A program made the translations under genes and the position numbers. The notes beneath the pieces are model-generated. The model did not search any database. It saw only the letters and a program-made list of their open reading frames with translations, and was not told the DNA's origin. Of a stretch of 64,000 nt of DNA, positions 1 to 8,366 are shown one piece after another. Position 1 is the stretch's first letter, and each line of letters opens with the position of its first letter. Where the stretch lies: positions 3,168,001 to 3,232,000 of the forward strand of contig OZ243961.1 in assembly GCA_965214605.1 (NCBI GenBank), read 5' to 3'. This DNA is from an uncultured Candidatus Binatia bacterium. Its GTDB lineage: Bacteria; Desulfobacterota; Binatia; Bin18.

Positions 1-4
1 GGCG

Positions 5-42
5 GCGTCCTCCGAGGCGGTGTCACTCACCTCGGAGGACGC
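5..42. repeat. Perfect 13-bp inverted repeat (hairpin) with 12-nt loop
   Basis: GCGTCCTCCGAGG (5-17) / CCTCGGAGGACGC (30-42); no U-tract; upstream context lies outside the window. Confidence 0.8.
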
Positions 43-277
43 TATATGGGGTCGACAAATCCATCGCCCGACTTTTGAGGAAGCAAGGATTACCGCTCTC
101 CTCAGTCAATCGGTTCCCGTGCCGGAGATGAGAGGCGCGGGGGCCTGGTGTAACCCACCCAAGGCGTCTTGGAAGCAGGCCGGTATCATGCGTCAGCGGC
201 AGAGTACGCATTGCCGCAAATGCCTGCAGACCCAGAGCGCCATCTAGCTGGCAGAGTTCTTGCCGCTCGCTCCTCTC

Positions 278-306
278 TTGGACCCCCTTTTGATGCAGAG
301 TATAAG
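278..306 (+). promoter_or_regulatory. Putative sigma70 promoter of the TonB receptor gene
   Basis: TTGGAC-17nt-TATAAG upstream of AGGAG RBS and ATG 383. Confidence 0.4.
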
Positions 307-382
307 CCCGTTATGGGGAGTGCGGGGCTTTGGCTGGTGTAGGCGGGCATAGAGACGGGGCAATACTCCTCAGGAGAAGCCG

Positions 383-2941
383 ATGACGAAGTGGTGGTAT
401 GTGGGAGTCGGTCTGCTCGTTGTCATGGGCGTGGACACGGTCGGCGCGCAGGACGCCAGCTATCCAGAGGAGCCGATAGGGCTCGAAGCACTCCAGGTGG
501 TGGGTTCGCGCCTGCCTGGGCGTTCGGCCCAGGATTCTGCGGTGCCGGTGGACATTATCCGGGGTGAAGATCTGCAGAGTTACGGCATCCGCGACATGGA
601 TTCGCTGTTGGCAGCGACCGTGCCGTCCTACAACGTCAACCAGCAGCCCATCAGCGACGCGGCGACTTTTGTTAGGCCGGCCAATCTGCGCGGGCTGTCG
701 GCGGACTCCAGCCTGGTGTTGGTTAACGGCAAACGTCGCCACCGTGCCTCGGTCATCTCCTTTACCGACGGGACCAATTATGGGGCGCAAGGACCCGATA
801 TTTCGGTCATTCCGTCCATTGCGTTGGAGCGGGTCGAAGTGCTGCGTGACGGGGCGGCCGCCCAGTACGGGTCGGACGCCATTGCTGGCATCCTCAACTT
901 CCGCCTGCGGGAAGATCGGGAGGGGTTGGAGGTGCAGACGAGCTACGGCCAGACCTACCACGGCGACGGCGACAAGGTGCAGGTGGCGGCGAATCTGGGG
1001 CTGCCGCTGACCGATTCGGGTTTTGCCAACTTCAGCTTTGAGTTTGTCAATGCGGACGAGACGAGCCGCAGCCGGCAGCGGACGGACGCCCGGGGATTGA
1101 TTGAGGCGGGCAACATGGATGTCCGTCGCCCGGCGGCCCAGATTTGGGGAGCGCCGGAGGTGGAGTACGACTACAAGTTTTTCGGCAACCTCGGGTTAGA
1201 CCTTGAAGACCTGAAGGCCCGGCTGTACGCTTTTGGGAACTATGCTGAGCGCAGAGTTGAGGGGGGCTTCTTCTTCCGCAATCCCAATACCCGCTCAGGC
1301 GTGTTCTCCAAGGACGGAGGCAAGACGCTGCTGGTGGCTGATCTGTCGGGGACCAACGCCGGCTGTCCCACTATCCGCACCAATCCCGCGGCCAATTACC
1401 AAGGCCTGCTGGACGGCTATCCTCACTGCTTTGCTCTGAACGAGCGCTTTCCGGGCGGGTTTACGCCCCGCTTCGGCGGCGCTATCCGAGACTGGAGCGT
1501 TACCTTTGGCCTGCGCGGCACGCTGGACAGCGCGTCTACGTTGCTGAACGGCTGGATCTATGACGCCAGCGCCAGCTTTGGTCACAACAGCGTGGACTTC
1601 TTTATGCACAACACCATCAATCCGCAGCTGGCCGCCCTGCGGAACGACATTCCGACTTCATACCGACCTGGCAGCAACACCCAGCTTGAGAGGACGTTCA
1701 ATTTGGATATCTCCAGAGCGTTCGATCTCGGCCTTTTTTTCTCTCCGCTCAACGTTGCCTTCGGCTTTGAGTATCATATGGAGGAGTACGAACAGGAAAT
1801 CGGGGCAGAGAACTCCTGGTTTATCAACGAAGAGCTCGACCTCGCCGGCCAGGGCTTTGGTATCGGCTCCAACGGCTTCACCGGCTACCGGCCGGACTCT
1901 GCTGGCGTCTTCAAACGCAACAACTACGCGCTCTACATGGACCTGGAGGCCGAGGTCATTGAATCTGTCGGCCTGGGGTTGGCCGGCCGCTACGAGAACT
2001 TTGACAGCAACATCGGCGAGTCGCTCAACGGCAAGGTCTCGGCCCGGTGGCAGATGTTGGAAGCACTCGCGTTGCGCGGTTCGGTCGGCTCGGGCTTCCG
2101 CGCCCCGACCCCGGGGCAATCCAATGTGCGTAAGGTCAACACCGCGTTTACCGATGCCGGGCTGGTGGACCAGGGTATTTTTCCCTCACACCACCCAGTC
2201 GCGGCCTTCTTTGGCGGAAGGCCGCTGGAGCCGGAAAAATCGGTCAACTATTCGGTCGGAGCCGTGCTGAACCTCGGCGAGCTGAGTCTGACCCTCGACT
2301 ATTACCGGATCAAAGTGCAGGATCGCATTGGGTTGACCAAGGATTTCAACGTCACGCCCGAGCGGCGGGCGGCCTTCAACCGGCTGTCTCCCGACGCCAG
2401 TTCCATCACCTCGGTACGCTACTTCACCAACGCCTTTGACACGACTGCCGAGGGGGTCGATATTGTTGCGGCCTACCCGTTGACGACCCTGGCCGGTGAC
2501 ACCGCCCTGACCCTGGTCGGCAACTGGAATGAGTTGACCGTCGACAGCCGCGACACGACCGTTATCAACGACCGCCAAGTCCGTCAGATGGAAGACGGAT
2601 TGCCGCAGTTCCGGTTCTCGCTGACCGTGGATCACGCCTCTGGGCCGTGGCGGCTGTTGACCCGGGTGTATTTCTACGATGATTTCTTCGAAGCCCACGG
2701 CAACACCGCCAGCTTCCTATCCGCTGGCGAACGCTGGTTGACTGACGTGGAAGCCTCCTACACCTTTCTCGACATGCCGTTGGCCGGATCGGTGACGCTT
2801 GCGGTCGGCGCAGAAAATGTTTTCGATGTCTACCCGCGCAAAAATCCCTACGCCCGTGACCTCGGCGCCAACTACCCGGAGTCCTCGCCCTATGGTTTCA
2901 ACGGTGGGTTCTACTATCTACGGGCCGGCTTTCAGTTCTAG
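383..2941 (+). CDS. TonB-dependent outer-membrane receptor
   Basis: Signal peptide, TonB-box-like 'ALQVVGSR', plug motifs 'LVLVNGKR' and 'ERVEVLRDGAAAQYGSDAIAGILN', 'FRAPT', 'LEPEKS', C-terminal Phe. Confidence 0.95.
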   Translation: MTKWWYVGVGLLVVMGVDTVGAQDASYPEEPIGLEALQVVGSRLPGRSAQDSAVPVDIIRGEDLQSYGIRDMDSLLAATVPSYNVNQQPISDAATFVRPANLRGLSADSSLVLVNGKRRHRASVISFTDGTNYGAQGPDISVIPSIALERVEVLRDGAAAQYGSDAIAGILNFRLREDREGLEVQTSYGQTYHGDGDKVQVAANLGLPLTDSGFANFSFEFVNADETSRSRQRTDARGLIEAGNMDVRRPAAQIWGAPEVEYDYKFFGNLGLDLEDLKARLYAFGNYAERRVEGGFFFRNPNTRSGVFSKDGGKTLLVADLSGTNAGCPTIRTNPAANYQGLLDGYPHCFALNERFPGGFTPRFGGAIRDWSVTFGLRGTLDSASTLLNGWIYDASASFGHNSVDFFMHNTINPQLAALRNDIPTSYRPGSNTQLERTFNLDISRAFDLGLFFSPLNVAFGFEYHMEEYEQEIGAENSWFINEELDLAGQGFGIGSNGFTGYRPDSAGVFKRNNYALYMDLEAEVIESVGLGLAGRYENFDSNIGESLNGKVSARWQMLEALALRGSVGSGFRAPTPGQSNVRKVNTAFTDAGLVDQGIFPSHHPVAAFFGGRPLEPEKSVNYSVGAVLNLGELSLTLDYYRIKVQDRIGLTKDFNVTPERRAAFNRLSPDASSITSVRYFTNAFDTTAEGVDIVAAYPLTTLAGDTALTLVGNWNELTVDSRDTTVINDRQVRQMEDGLPQFRFSLTVDHASGPWRLLTRVYFYDDFFEAHGNTASFLSAGERWLTDVEASYTFLDMPLAGSVTLAVGAENVFDVYPRKNPYARDLGANYPESSPYGFNGGFYYLRAGFQF

Positions 2942-2992
2942 CCCGCCCCATTCACCGCCGGGATGACGCCTGTCCGCCCTGCCGCGTCAGCT

Positions 2993-3021
2993 TTGCATCC
3001 GCAGAGTGATTGGCGTATCCT
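2993..3021 (+). promoter_or_regulatory. Putative sigma70 promoter of folD-gcv operon (leaderless geometry)
   Basis: TTGCAT-17nt-TATCCT followed 7 nt later by ATG 3029; no SD. Confidence 0.55.
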
Positions 3022-3028
3022 GAGCCGT

Positions 3029-3895
3029 ATGGCCAGGGGTATCGTTCTTGACGGCAGAGCCATCGCCCAGTCTATCCGCCAGGCCGTACAGGGGGAGGTT
3101 GAGGACTTTCGCACCCAGTCGGACAGGGTGCCGGGACTGGCCACCATCCTGATTGGCGAGAACGCCGCCTCCCGCGTGTACGTCGGCACCAAGGAGAGGG
3201 CGTGTCGGAAAGTCGGGATTCAATCCTTTGGCTATCGGCTGCCCGAGACCGTGGCCGCCTCCGAGGTCCGGGCCCTTATCGCTGAGCTGAACGCCCGCAC
3301 GGACGTGAGCGGCGTCTTAATCCAGCTGCCCTTCCCCCCCCATCTCGACCAAGAGCGGTTGATTGAGGAGCTTAATCCGGACAAGGATGTTGACGGCTTA
3401 CACCTCCTCAATCAGGGCCGGTTGCTGCGGGGCGAAGACGGCTTGCGGCCGTGTACCCCGCTCGGCGTGATGCATCTGCTCGAGCAGACCGGAGTATCCC
3501 TCGTCGGTCAAAAAGCGGCCGTCATCGGGCGCAGTCACCTGGTCGGTCGGCCCCTGATTTTTCTGTTGTTAGAGCAGCACGCGACCGTCACCTGTTGTCA
3601 CTCCCGGACGACCGATCTGGCCCAGGAAGTCCGTCAAGCCGATATTGTCATTCCTGCTATCGGACAGCCGGGTGCGATTCGTGGGGAGTGGATCAAAGAG
3701 GGGGCGATTGTTATTGACGTTGGCATTTCTCGGCTGGCGGACGGCTCGCTGAGGGGGGACGTGGATTTTCCGACGGCCAAAGAACGGGCGACGTTTATTA
3801 CCCCGGTTCCCGGCGGGGTTGGCCCAATGACAGTAGCTATGCTGCTGCGCAATACGCTCAAAGCGGCCCGGCGGCAGTTCGCACGCACCATCTAA
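3029..3895 (+). CDS. folD: Methylenetetrahydrofolate dehydrogenase/cyclohydrolase
   Basis: 'LDGRAIA', 'YVGTK', 'KDVDGLH', 'PCTPLG', 'ITPVPGGVGPMT'; start moved to ATG 3029. Confidence 0.97.
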   Translation: MARGIVLDGRAIAQSIRQAVQGEVEDFRTQSDRVPGLATILIGENAASRVYVGTKERACRKVGIQSFGYRLPETVAASEVRALIAELNARTDVSGVLIQLPFPPHLDQERLIEELNPDKDVDGLHLLNQGRLLRGEDGLRPCTPLGVMHLLEQTGVSLVGQKAAVIGRSHLVGRPLIFLLLEQHATVTCCHSRTTDLAQEVRQADIVIPAIGQPGAIRGEWIKEGAIVIDVGISRLADGSLRGDVDFPTAKERATFITPVPGGVGPMTVAMLLRNTLKAARRQFARTI

Positions 3896-3898
3896 GAT

Positions 3899-4996
3899 AT
3901 GCCTCAACAGACCCCCCTGTACGACGTCCATCGAGCTTTGGGGGCGCGTTTCACCGTCTTTGCAGGCTGGGACATGCCGGTCCGGTACTCGGGTATTGTG
4001 GCCGAACACCGGGCGGTGCGGACCCGAGCCGGGCTGTTTGACCTCAGCCATATGGGTGAGATTGAGGTCCGTGGTCCTCGCGCCTTGGAGGTGTGTCAGG
4101 AACTGCTGGTGACCGATGTGGCTCGGCTGGCAATCGGCCAAGCGCACTACAGCCTCTTGTGCAACGCCGACGGAGGTATTCTTGACGACGTGATTGTCTA
4201 TCGGCTCGCCCCGGAGCGGTATTATGTGTGTGTTAACGCGGCTCAGAGCGAGACCGATTTTGAGTGGTGGGCCAGCTCTAACCGGGGCCGCGCCGAACTG
4301 ATCAATCGGAGTGCCCAGACGGCCCTGGTCGCCGTCCAAGGGCCACGGGCGCAGGACATCCTCCAGCGCCTCACGCCTCTAGACGTGTCCGCCATCGGGC
4401 GTTATTGGTCAGCCTGGGGTGAGCTTGCCGGTATAGCTGGACTTATGGCCCGGACCGGCTATACCGGAGAGGATGGCTTTGAGCTGTTCGTGTCTGCCGA
4501 GCACGCCCAGCGTGTATGGACGGGGTGTCTGGAGGCGGGTCAGGCGGACGGTCTGGTGCCGGTGGGTCTTGGCGCGCGCGATACCCTGCGGCTTGAATCC
4601 GGCTATTTGTTATATGGACAGGATATTGACAGCCACAGCTCGCCCTTTGAAGCCGGGCTGTCACGCCTGGTGCACTTTGAGAGCGGGGACTTTATCGGCC
4701 GCCCGGCCCTGGTGCGACAAAAAGAGTGCGGGGTGACGAAAAAGTTGATTGGGCTACGGCTGGAAGGGCCGGGTATTCCGCGGACTGGATATCCGTTGGG
4801 GATAGGTGGGCAGGCGGTTGGTCATATCACGAGCGGAACGCAGTCTCCCAGCTTAGGAGTTGGCATCGGCCTGGGATACGGACCTCCGACGGCGATCCCA
4901 GGGATGGAACTGTGGGTAGAAATCCGCAGCCGTCGGGTTCGTGCTCGGGTCGTGAAACCGCCTTTCTATCGTAGGAGAAAGGGGTCGAGAGTTTAG
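3899..4996 (+). CDS. gcvT: Glycine cleavage system aminomethyltransferase T
   Basis: 'TPLYDVH', 'FAGWDMP', 'FDLSHMG', 'RTGYTGEDGFE', 'GLGARDTLRLE'. Confidence 0.97.
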   Translation: MPQQTPLYDVHRALGARFTVFAGWDMPVRYSGIVAEHRAVRTRAGLFDLSHMGEIEVRGPRALEVCQELLVTDVARLAIGQAHYSLLCNADGGILDDVIVYRLAPERYYVCVNAAQSETDFEWWASSNRGRAELINRSAQTALVAVQGPRAQDILQRLTPLDVSAIGRYWSAWGELAGIAGLMARTGYTGEDGFELFVSAEHAQRVWTGCLEAGQADGLVPVGLGARDTLRLESGYLLYGQDIDSHSSPFEAGLSRLVHFESGDFIGRPALVRQKECGVTKKLIGLRLEGPGIPRTGYPLGIGGQAVGHITSGTQSPSLGVGIGLGYGPPTAIPGMELWVEIRSRRVRARVVKPPFYRRRKGSRV

Positions 4997-5005
4997 GAGG
5001 TCTCG

Positions 5006-5407
5006 GTGGACGTTCCAAAAGAGCTTCGCTATTCAGCGGAACACGAATGGGTCGCTGTTGAGGATGGCATTGCCCGGGTGGGCATCACCGACTACGCCCA
5101 GGACCAACTCGGCGATATCGTCTACGTCGAGCTGCCCGAGGTTGGGACGGCAGTGCAGAAGGAAGAGCCGTTTGGGGTGGTCGAGTCGGTCAAAGCGGTC
5201 TCTGATATCTTCTCACCCGTGAGTGGAACCGTGGTTGAGGTTAATATTGATCTGCCCAGCAGTCCAGAGATGGTCAACGACGATCCGTATGGCGATGCCT
5301 GGATGATCGGGATTCAAGTCAGTGAGCCAGATGAGCTCGAAGATCTGATGGACGCCGAAGAGTACATCGCGTTTGTCGAACAAGAGCAGGCCGACCAGGA
5401 AGAATAA
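5006..5407 (+). CDS. gcvH: Glycine cleavage system H protein
   Basis: 'HEW', 'GITDYAQDQLGDIV', lipoyl-Lys motif 'ESVKAVSD'; GTG start after AGGAGG. Confidence 0.97.
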   Translation: MDVPKELRYSAEHEWVAVEDGIARVGITDYAQDQLGDIVYVELPEVGTAVQKEEPFGVVESVKAVSDIFSPVSGTVVEVNIDLPSSPEMVNDDPYGDAWMIGIQVSEPDELEDLMDAEEYIAFVEQEQADQEE

Positions 5408-5422
5408 GGGAGGGGCTGCACT

Positions 5423-6772
5423 ATGCGCTACATCCCTCACACAGAGCACGATATCGGCTCCATGCTAGCGGTCCTCGGGCTTCAGTCCGTTGATGAGCTG
5501 TTTGCGCATCTGCCGGGCGCTCTGCGCGCCCAGGCGCACATCGATCTGCCGCCGGGTCTGTCTGAGGCGGAACTGAGGGGCCGTTTGACCGAGTTGGCCG
5601 GCCGCAATCTGAGCGATCCCGTCTCTGCGGTTTTTCTGGGCGCCGGCGCCTATCCTCACAGCGTCCCCGTCGTCGTTGACCAGGTCATCCAGCGGGGAGA
5701 ATTTGCGACCGCCTATACCCCATATCAACCCGAGGTCAGCCAGGGAACGCTGCAGGCGGTGTTCGAGTTCCAGTCCCTCATTGCAGGTCTGCTCGGTTTA
5801 GACGTTGCCAATGCCAGTATGTACGACGGGGCCTCGGCCACGGCCGAGGCGGTCTTAATGGCCAAACGCATCCTGCCCAAGCGCTCAAAAGTCCTAGTCT
5901 CCAAAGCCCTCCATCCCCAATACCGGCAGGTCATTCAGACCTATTTGGACGGCTTCCCCGATGCGCAGGTGCGTGAGCTTGGGTGGGCCGAAGACGGGCG
6001 TGTGGACCGCGCGGCTTTGCAGGAGCAGTTGGATGAGACCGTGATCGGGGCGGTCATCGGCTATCCGAACGTTTTCGGCATTGTTGAGGATGTGGCGGCT
6101 ATTAGCGGGGCCGTTCATCAGTGCGGCGGCTTGGCCATCAGCGCGACAACCGAAGCACTTGCGCTGGGGCTGCTCAGATCACCGGGCGAACTCGGAGCAG
6201 ATATCGCGGTGGCTGAGGGGCAGAGCCTCGGGATTCCGATGAGCTACGGGGGACCGGGGATCGGCCTGTTTGCCTGTCGCCAGCGCTATCTGCGCAATAT
6301 GCCCGGTCGGCTCGTTGGGGAGACGCTTGATCAAGACGGACGACGCGGCTTTGTCCTGACCCTGGCGACCCGCGAGCAGCACATCCGCCGCGAGCGGGCG
6401 ACGTCGAATATCTGCACCAACCAGGGCTTGTGCGCGCTGGCCGTGACGGTCTTTCTGTGCCTGATGGGCCGCCGGGGGCTACGACAGTTGGCCCGGCACA
6501 ATGTCGCCAAGAGCCATTATGCCCAAGAGCTATTGACCCACCACAGCCCGTGTCAGGCGCGTTTTTCAGCCCCGTTTTTTAACGAATTCGTCCTGCGCGT
6601 CCCCGATGCCGCGGTCGCCTGGCAGCGTCTCAAGGCCGAGGGGCTTGTCGCCGGTCTGCCGCTGGCAGAGTGGTATCCGGAGCTGTCCGACTGTTTGCTG
6701 GTGTGTGTGACCGAAACGCACCCGCAGGGAGCCATTGAGCGGCTGGCCGCAAGACTCGGGGCTCGCGACTAG
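5423..6772 (+). CDS. gcvPA: Glycine dehydrogenase (decarboxylating) subunit 1
   Basis: 'FLGAGAY', 'TAYTPYQPEVSQG', 'NASMYDG', 'REQHIRRERATSNICTN'. Confidence 0.96.
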   Translation: MRYIPHTEHDIGSMLAVLGLQSVDELFAHLPGALRAQAHIDLPPGLSEAELRGRLTELAGRNLSDPVSAVFLGAGAYPHSVPVVVDQVIQRGEFATAYTPYQPEVSQGTLQAVFEFQSLIAGLLGLDVANASMYDGASATAEAVLMAKRILPKRSKVLVSKALHPQYRQVIQTYLDGFPDAQVRELGWAEDGRVDRAALQEQLDETVIGAVIGYPNVFGIVEDVAAISGAVHQCGGLAISATTEALALGLLRSPGELGADIAVAEGQSLGIPMSYGGPGIGLFACRQRYLRNMPGRLVGETLDQDGRRGFVLTLATREQHIRRERATSNICTNQGLCALAVTVFLCLMGRRGLRQLARHNVAKSHYAQELLTHHSPCQARFSAPFFNEFVLRVPDAAVAWQRLKAEGLVAGLPLAEWYPELSDCLLVCVTETHPQGAIERLAARLGARD

Positions 6773-6796
6773 ACGTGGGAACAGACAGGAGCCGCT

Positions 6797-8326
6797 ATGG
6801 AAAAACGCCTGCCACGTGTCCGACCCCCTCAGGTTCCAAGTCCTCTTCCTTCCGGACCGCCTAAGCGCGCTGTTTTGACTGAGCCGCTGATTGTCGAGCA
6901 TGGCTCGCCCGGACGTATCGGCTATTCTCTGCCCCCGGACGATATTCCGGCCCGCGATCCCGCTCAGGATTTGCCGCCCGAGCTGTGTCGAGCCGATCTT
7001 GAGGATTTTCCCGAGGTTAGCGAGGGAGAGGTGGTCCGCCATTTTACCCGGCTCTCGCAGTGGAATTTCAGTGCGGCGACCACCCTGTATCCGCTCGGCT
7101 CGTGCACTATGAAGTATAATCCGGTTGTGAACGAGGTGGTAGCCCGTCTGCCAGGCTTTGCCCAGCTCCATCCGCTCATGCCGGCTGACTACGCTCAGGG
7201 CGCGCTGGAGCTGATCGCCCGCCTTGAACACAGTCTGGCCGAAATCAGCGGCATGGACGCGATCAGCCTACAGCCCGCGGCCGGGGCCCAGGGCGAACTC
7301 ACCGGGATGAAGCTCATTCGAGCCTACCATGTCGAGCAGGGGCAGCCGCGCAAGAAGGTGCTCATTCCGGGCAGCGCCCACGGCACCAACCCGGCCTCCG
7401 CCGTCCTGTGCGGCTACACGGTGGTTGAGGTCCCGGCCGGACCGGACGGCATGCTTGACGCGGCCACCATCGAACACTCTATGGATCGCGAAGTTGCCGC
7501 CCTGATGGTCACCAATCCCAACACCCTGGGGCTGTTTGAACGCGACATTGTCCAGATTGCCGAGATAGTGCACGCCCAGGGAGGTCTGGTCTACATGGAC
7601 GGGGCAAATCTCAATGCGCTGATGGGAGTGGCAAAACCGGGTCACATGGGCGCCGATGTTATCCAGTTCAACCTACACAAGACGTTTTCGACCCCGCACG
7701 GCGGAGGCGGGCCGGGGGCGGGGCCGGTCGGAGTCAAAAAGGTTCTCGAACCGTATCTACCGCTCCCACGCGTGGTGGCTGACGGGACGACGTACCGCTG
7801 GAGTGAGGATTTTCCGCGCTCGATTGGCCGCGTGCGGTCCTTTTTTGGGAATTTTGGGATCTTGGTCCGTGCCTATGCCTATATCTTGGCGATGGGCGGA
7901 GAGGGACTCAGTCGGGCCACCCAAATGGCCGTTCTGAACGCCAACTATTTGCGCAAACGCCTTGAATCTGCCTATCAGTTGGCCTCGCCCTCTCCGTGTC
8001 TGCACGAGTGTGTGTTCTCCGATCGTTCCTTTCAGCAGACCGGGATCAAGACCCTTGATATTGCCAAGCGCCTGCTTGATCACGGTTTTTATGCCCCGAC
8101 GATCTATTTTCCGCTTGTAGTGAGCGGGGCGTTGATGGTGGAACCAACCGAAACCGAGACACAAGAGACGCTCGATGCGTTTGCCGACGCACTCTTAGCC
8201 ATTGCCCAGGAGGCTCGGGACGCGCCCGAGGTGCTCAAAGCCGCGCCGACCTCAACGCCGGTGGGGCGCCTTGACGAAACCCGCGCGGCGCGTTGTCCGA
8301 TTTTAGCCTGGCGACGCCAAGCCTAG
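6797..8326 (+). CDS. gcvPB: Glycine dehydrogenase (decarboxylating) subunit 2
   Basis: 'YPLGSCTMKYNP', 'AHGTNPAS', PLP-Lys motif 'NLHKTFSTPHGGGGPG'. Confidence 0.96.
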   Translation: MEKRLPRVRPPQVPSPLPSGPPKRAVLTEPLIVEHGSPGRIGYSLPPDDIPARDPAQDLPPELCRADLEDFPEVSEGEVVRHFTRLSQWNFSAATTLYPLGSCTMKYNPVVNEVVARLPGFAQLHPLMPADYAQGALELIARLEHSLAEISGMDAISLQPAAGAQGELTGMKLIRAYHVEQGQPRKKVLIPGSAHGTNPASAVLCGYTVVEVPAGPDGMLDAATIEHSMDREVAALMVTNPNTLGLFERDIVQIAEIVHAQGGLVYMDGANLNALMGVAKPGHMGADVIQFNLHKTFSTPHGGGGPGAGPVGVKKVLEPYLPLPRVVADGTTYRWSEDFPRSIGRVRSFFGNFGILVRAYAYILAMGGEGLSRATQMAVLNANYLRKRLESAYQLASPSPCLHECVFSDRSFQQTGIKTLDIAKRLLDHGFYAPTIYFPLVVSGALMVEPTETETQETLDAFADALLAIAQEARDAPEVLKAAPTSTPVGRLDETRAARCPILAWRRQA

Positions 8327-8366
8327 TCAACTGCTCCGGCGGCAAAAATTTGCTACCCTAGACTAG

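Noticed and set aside
43-382. Cobalamin or other riboswitch upstream of the TonB receptor
   Set aside because: No B12-box or other recognisable aptamer consensus seen
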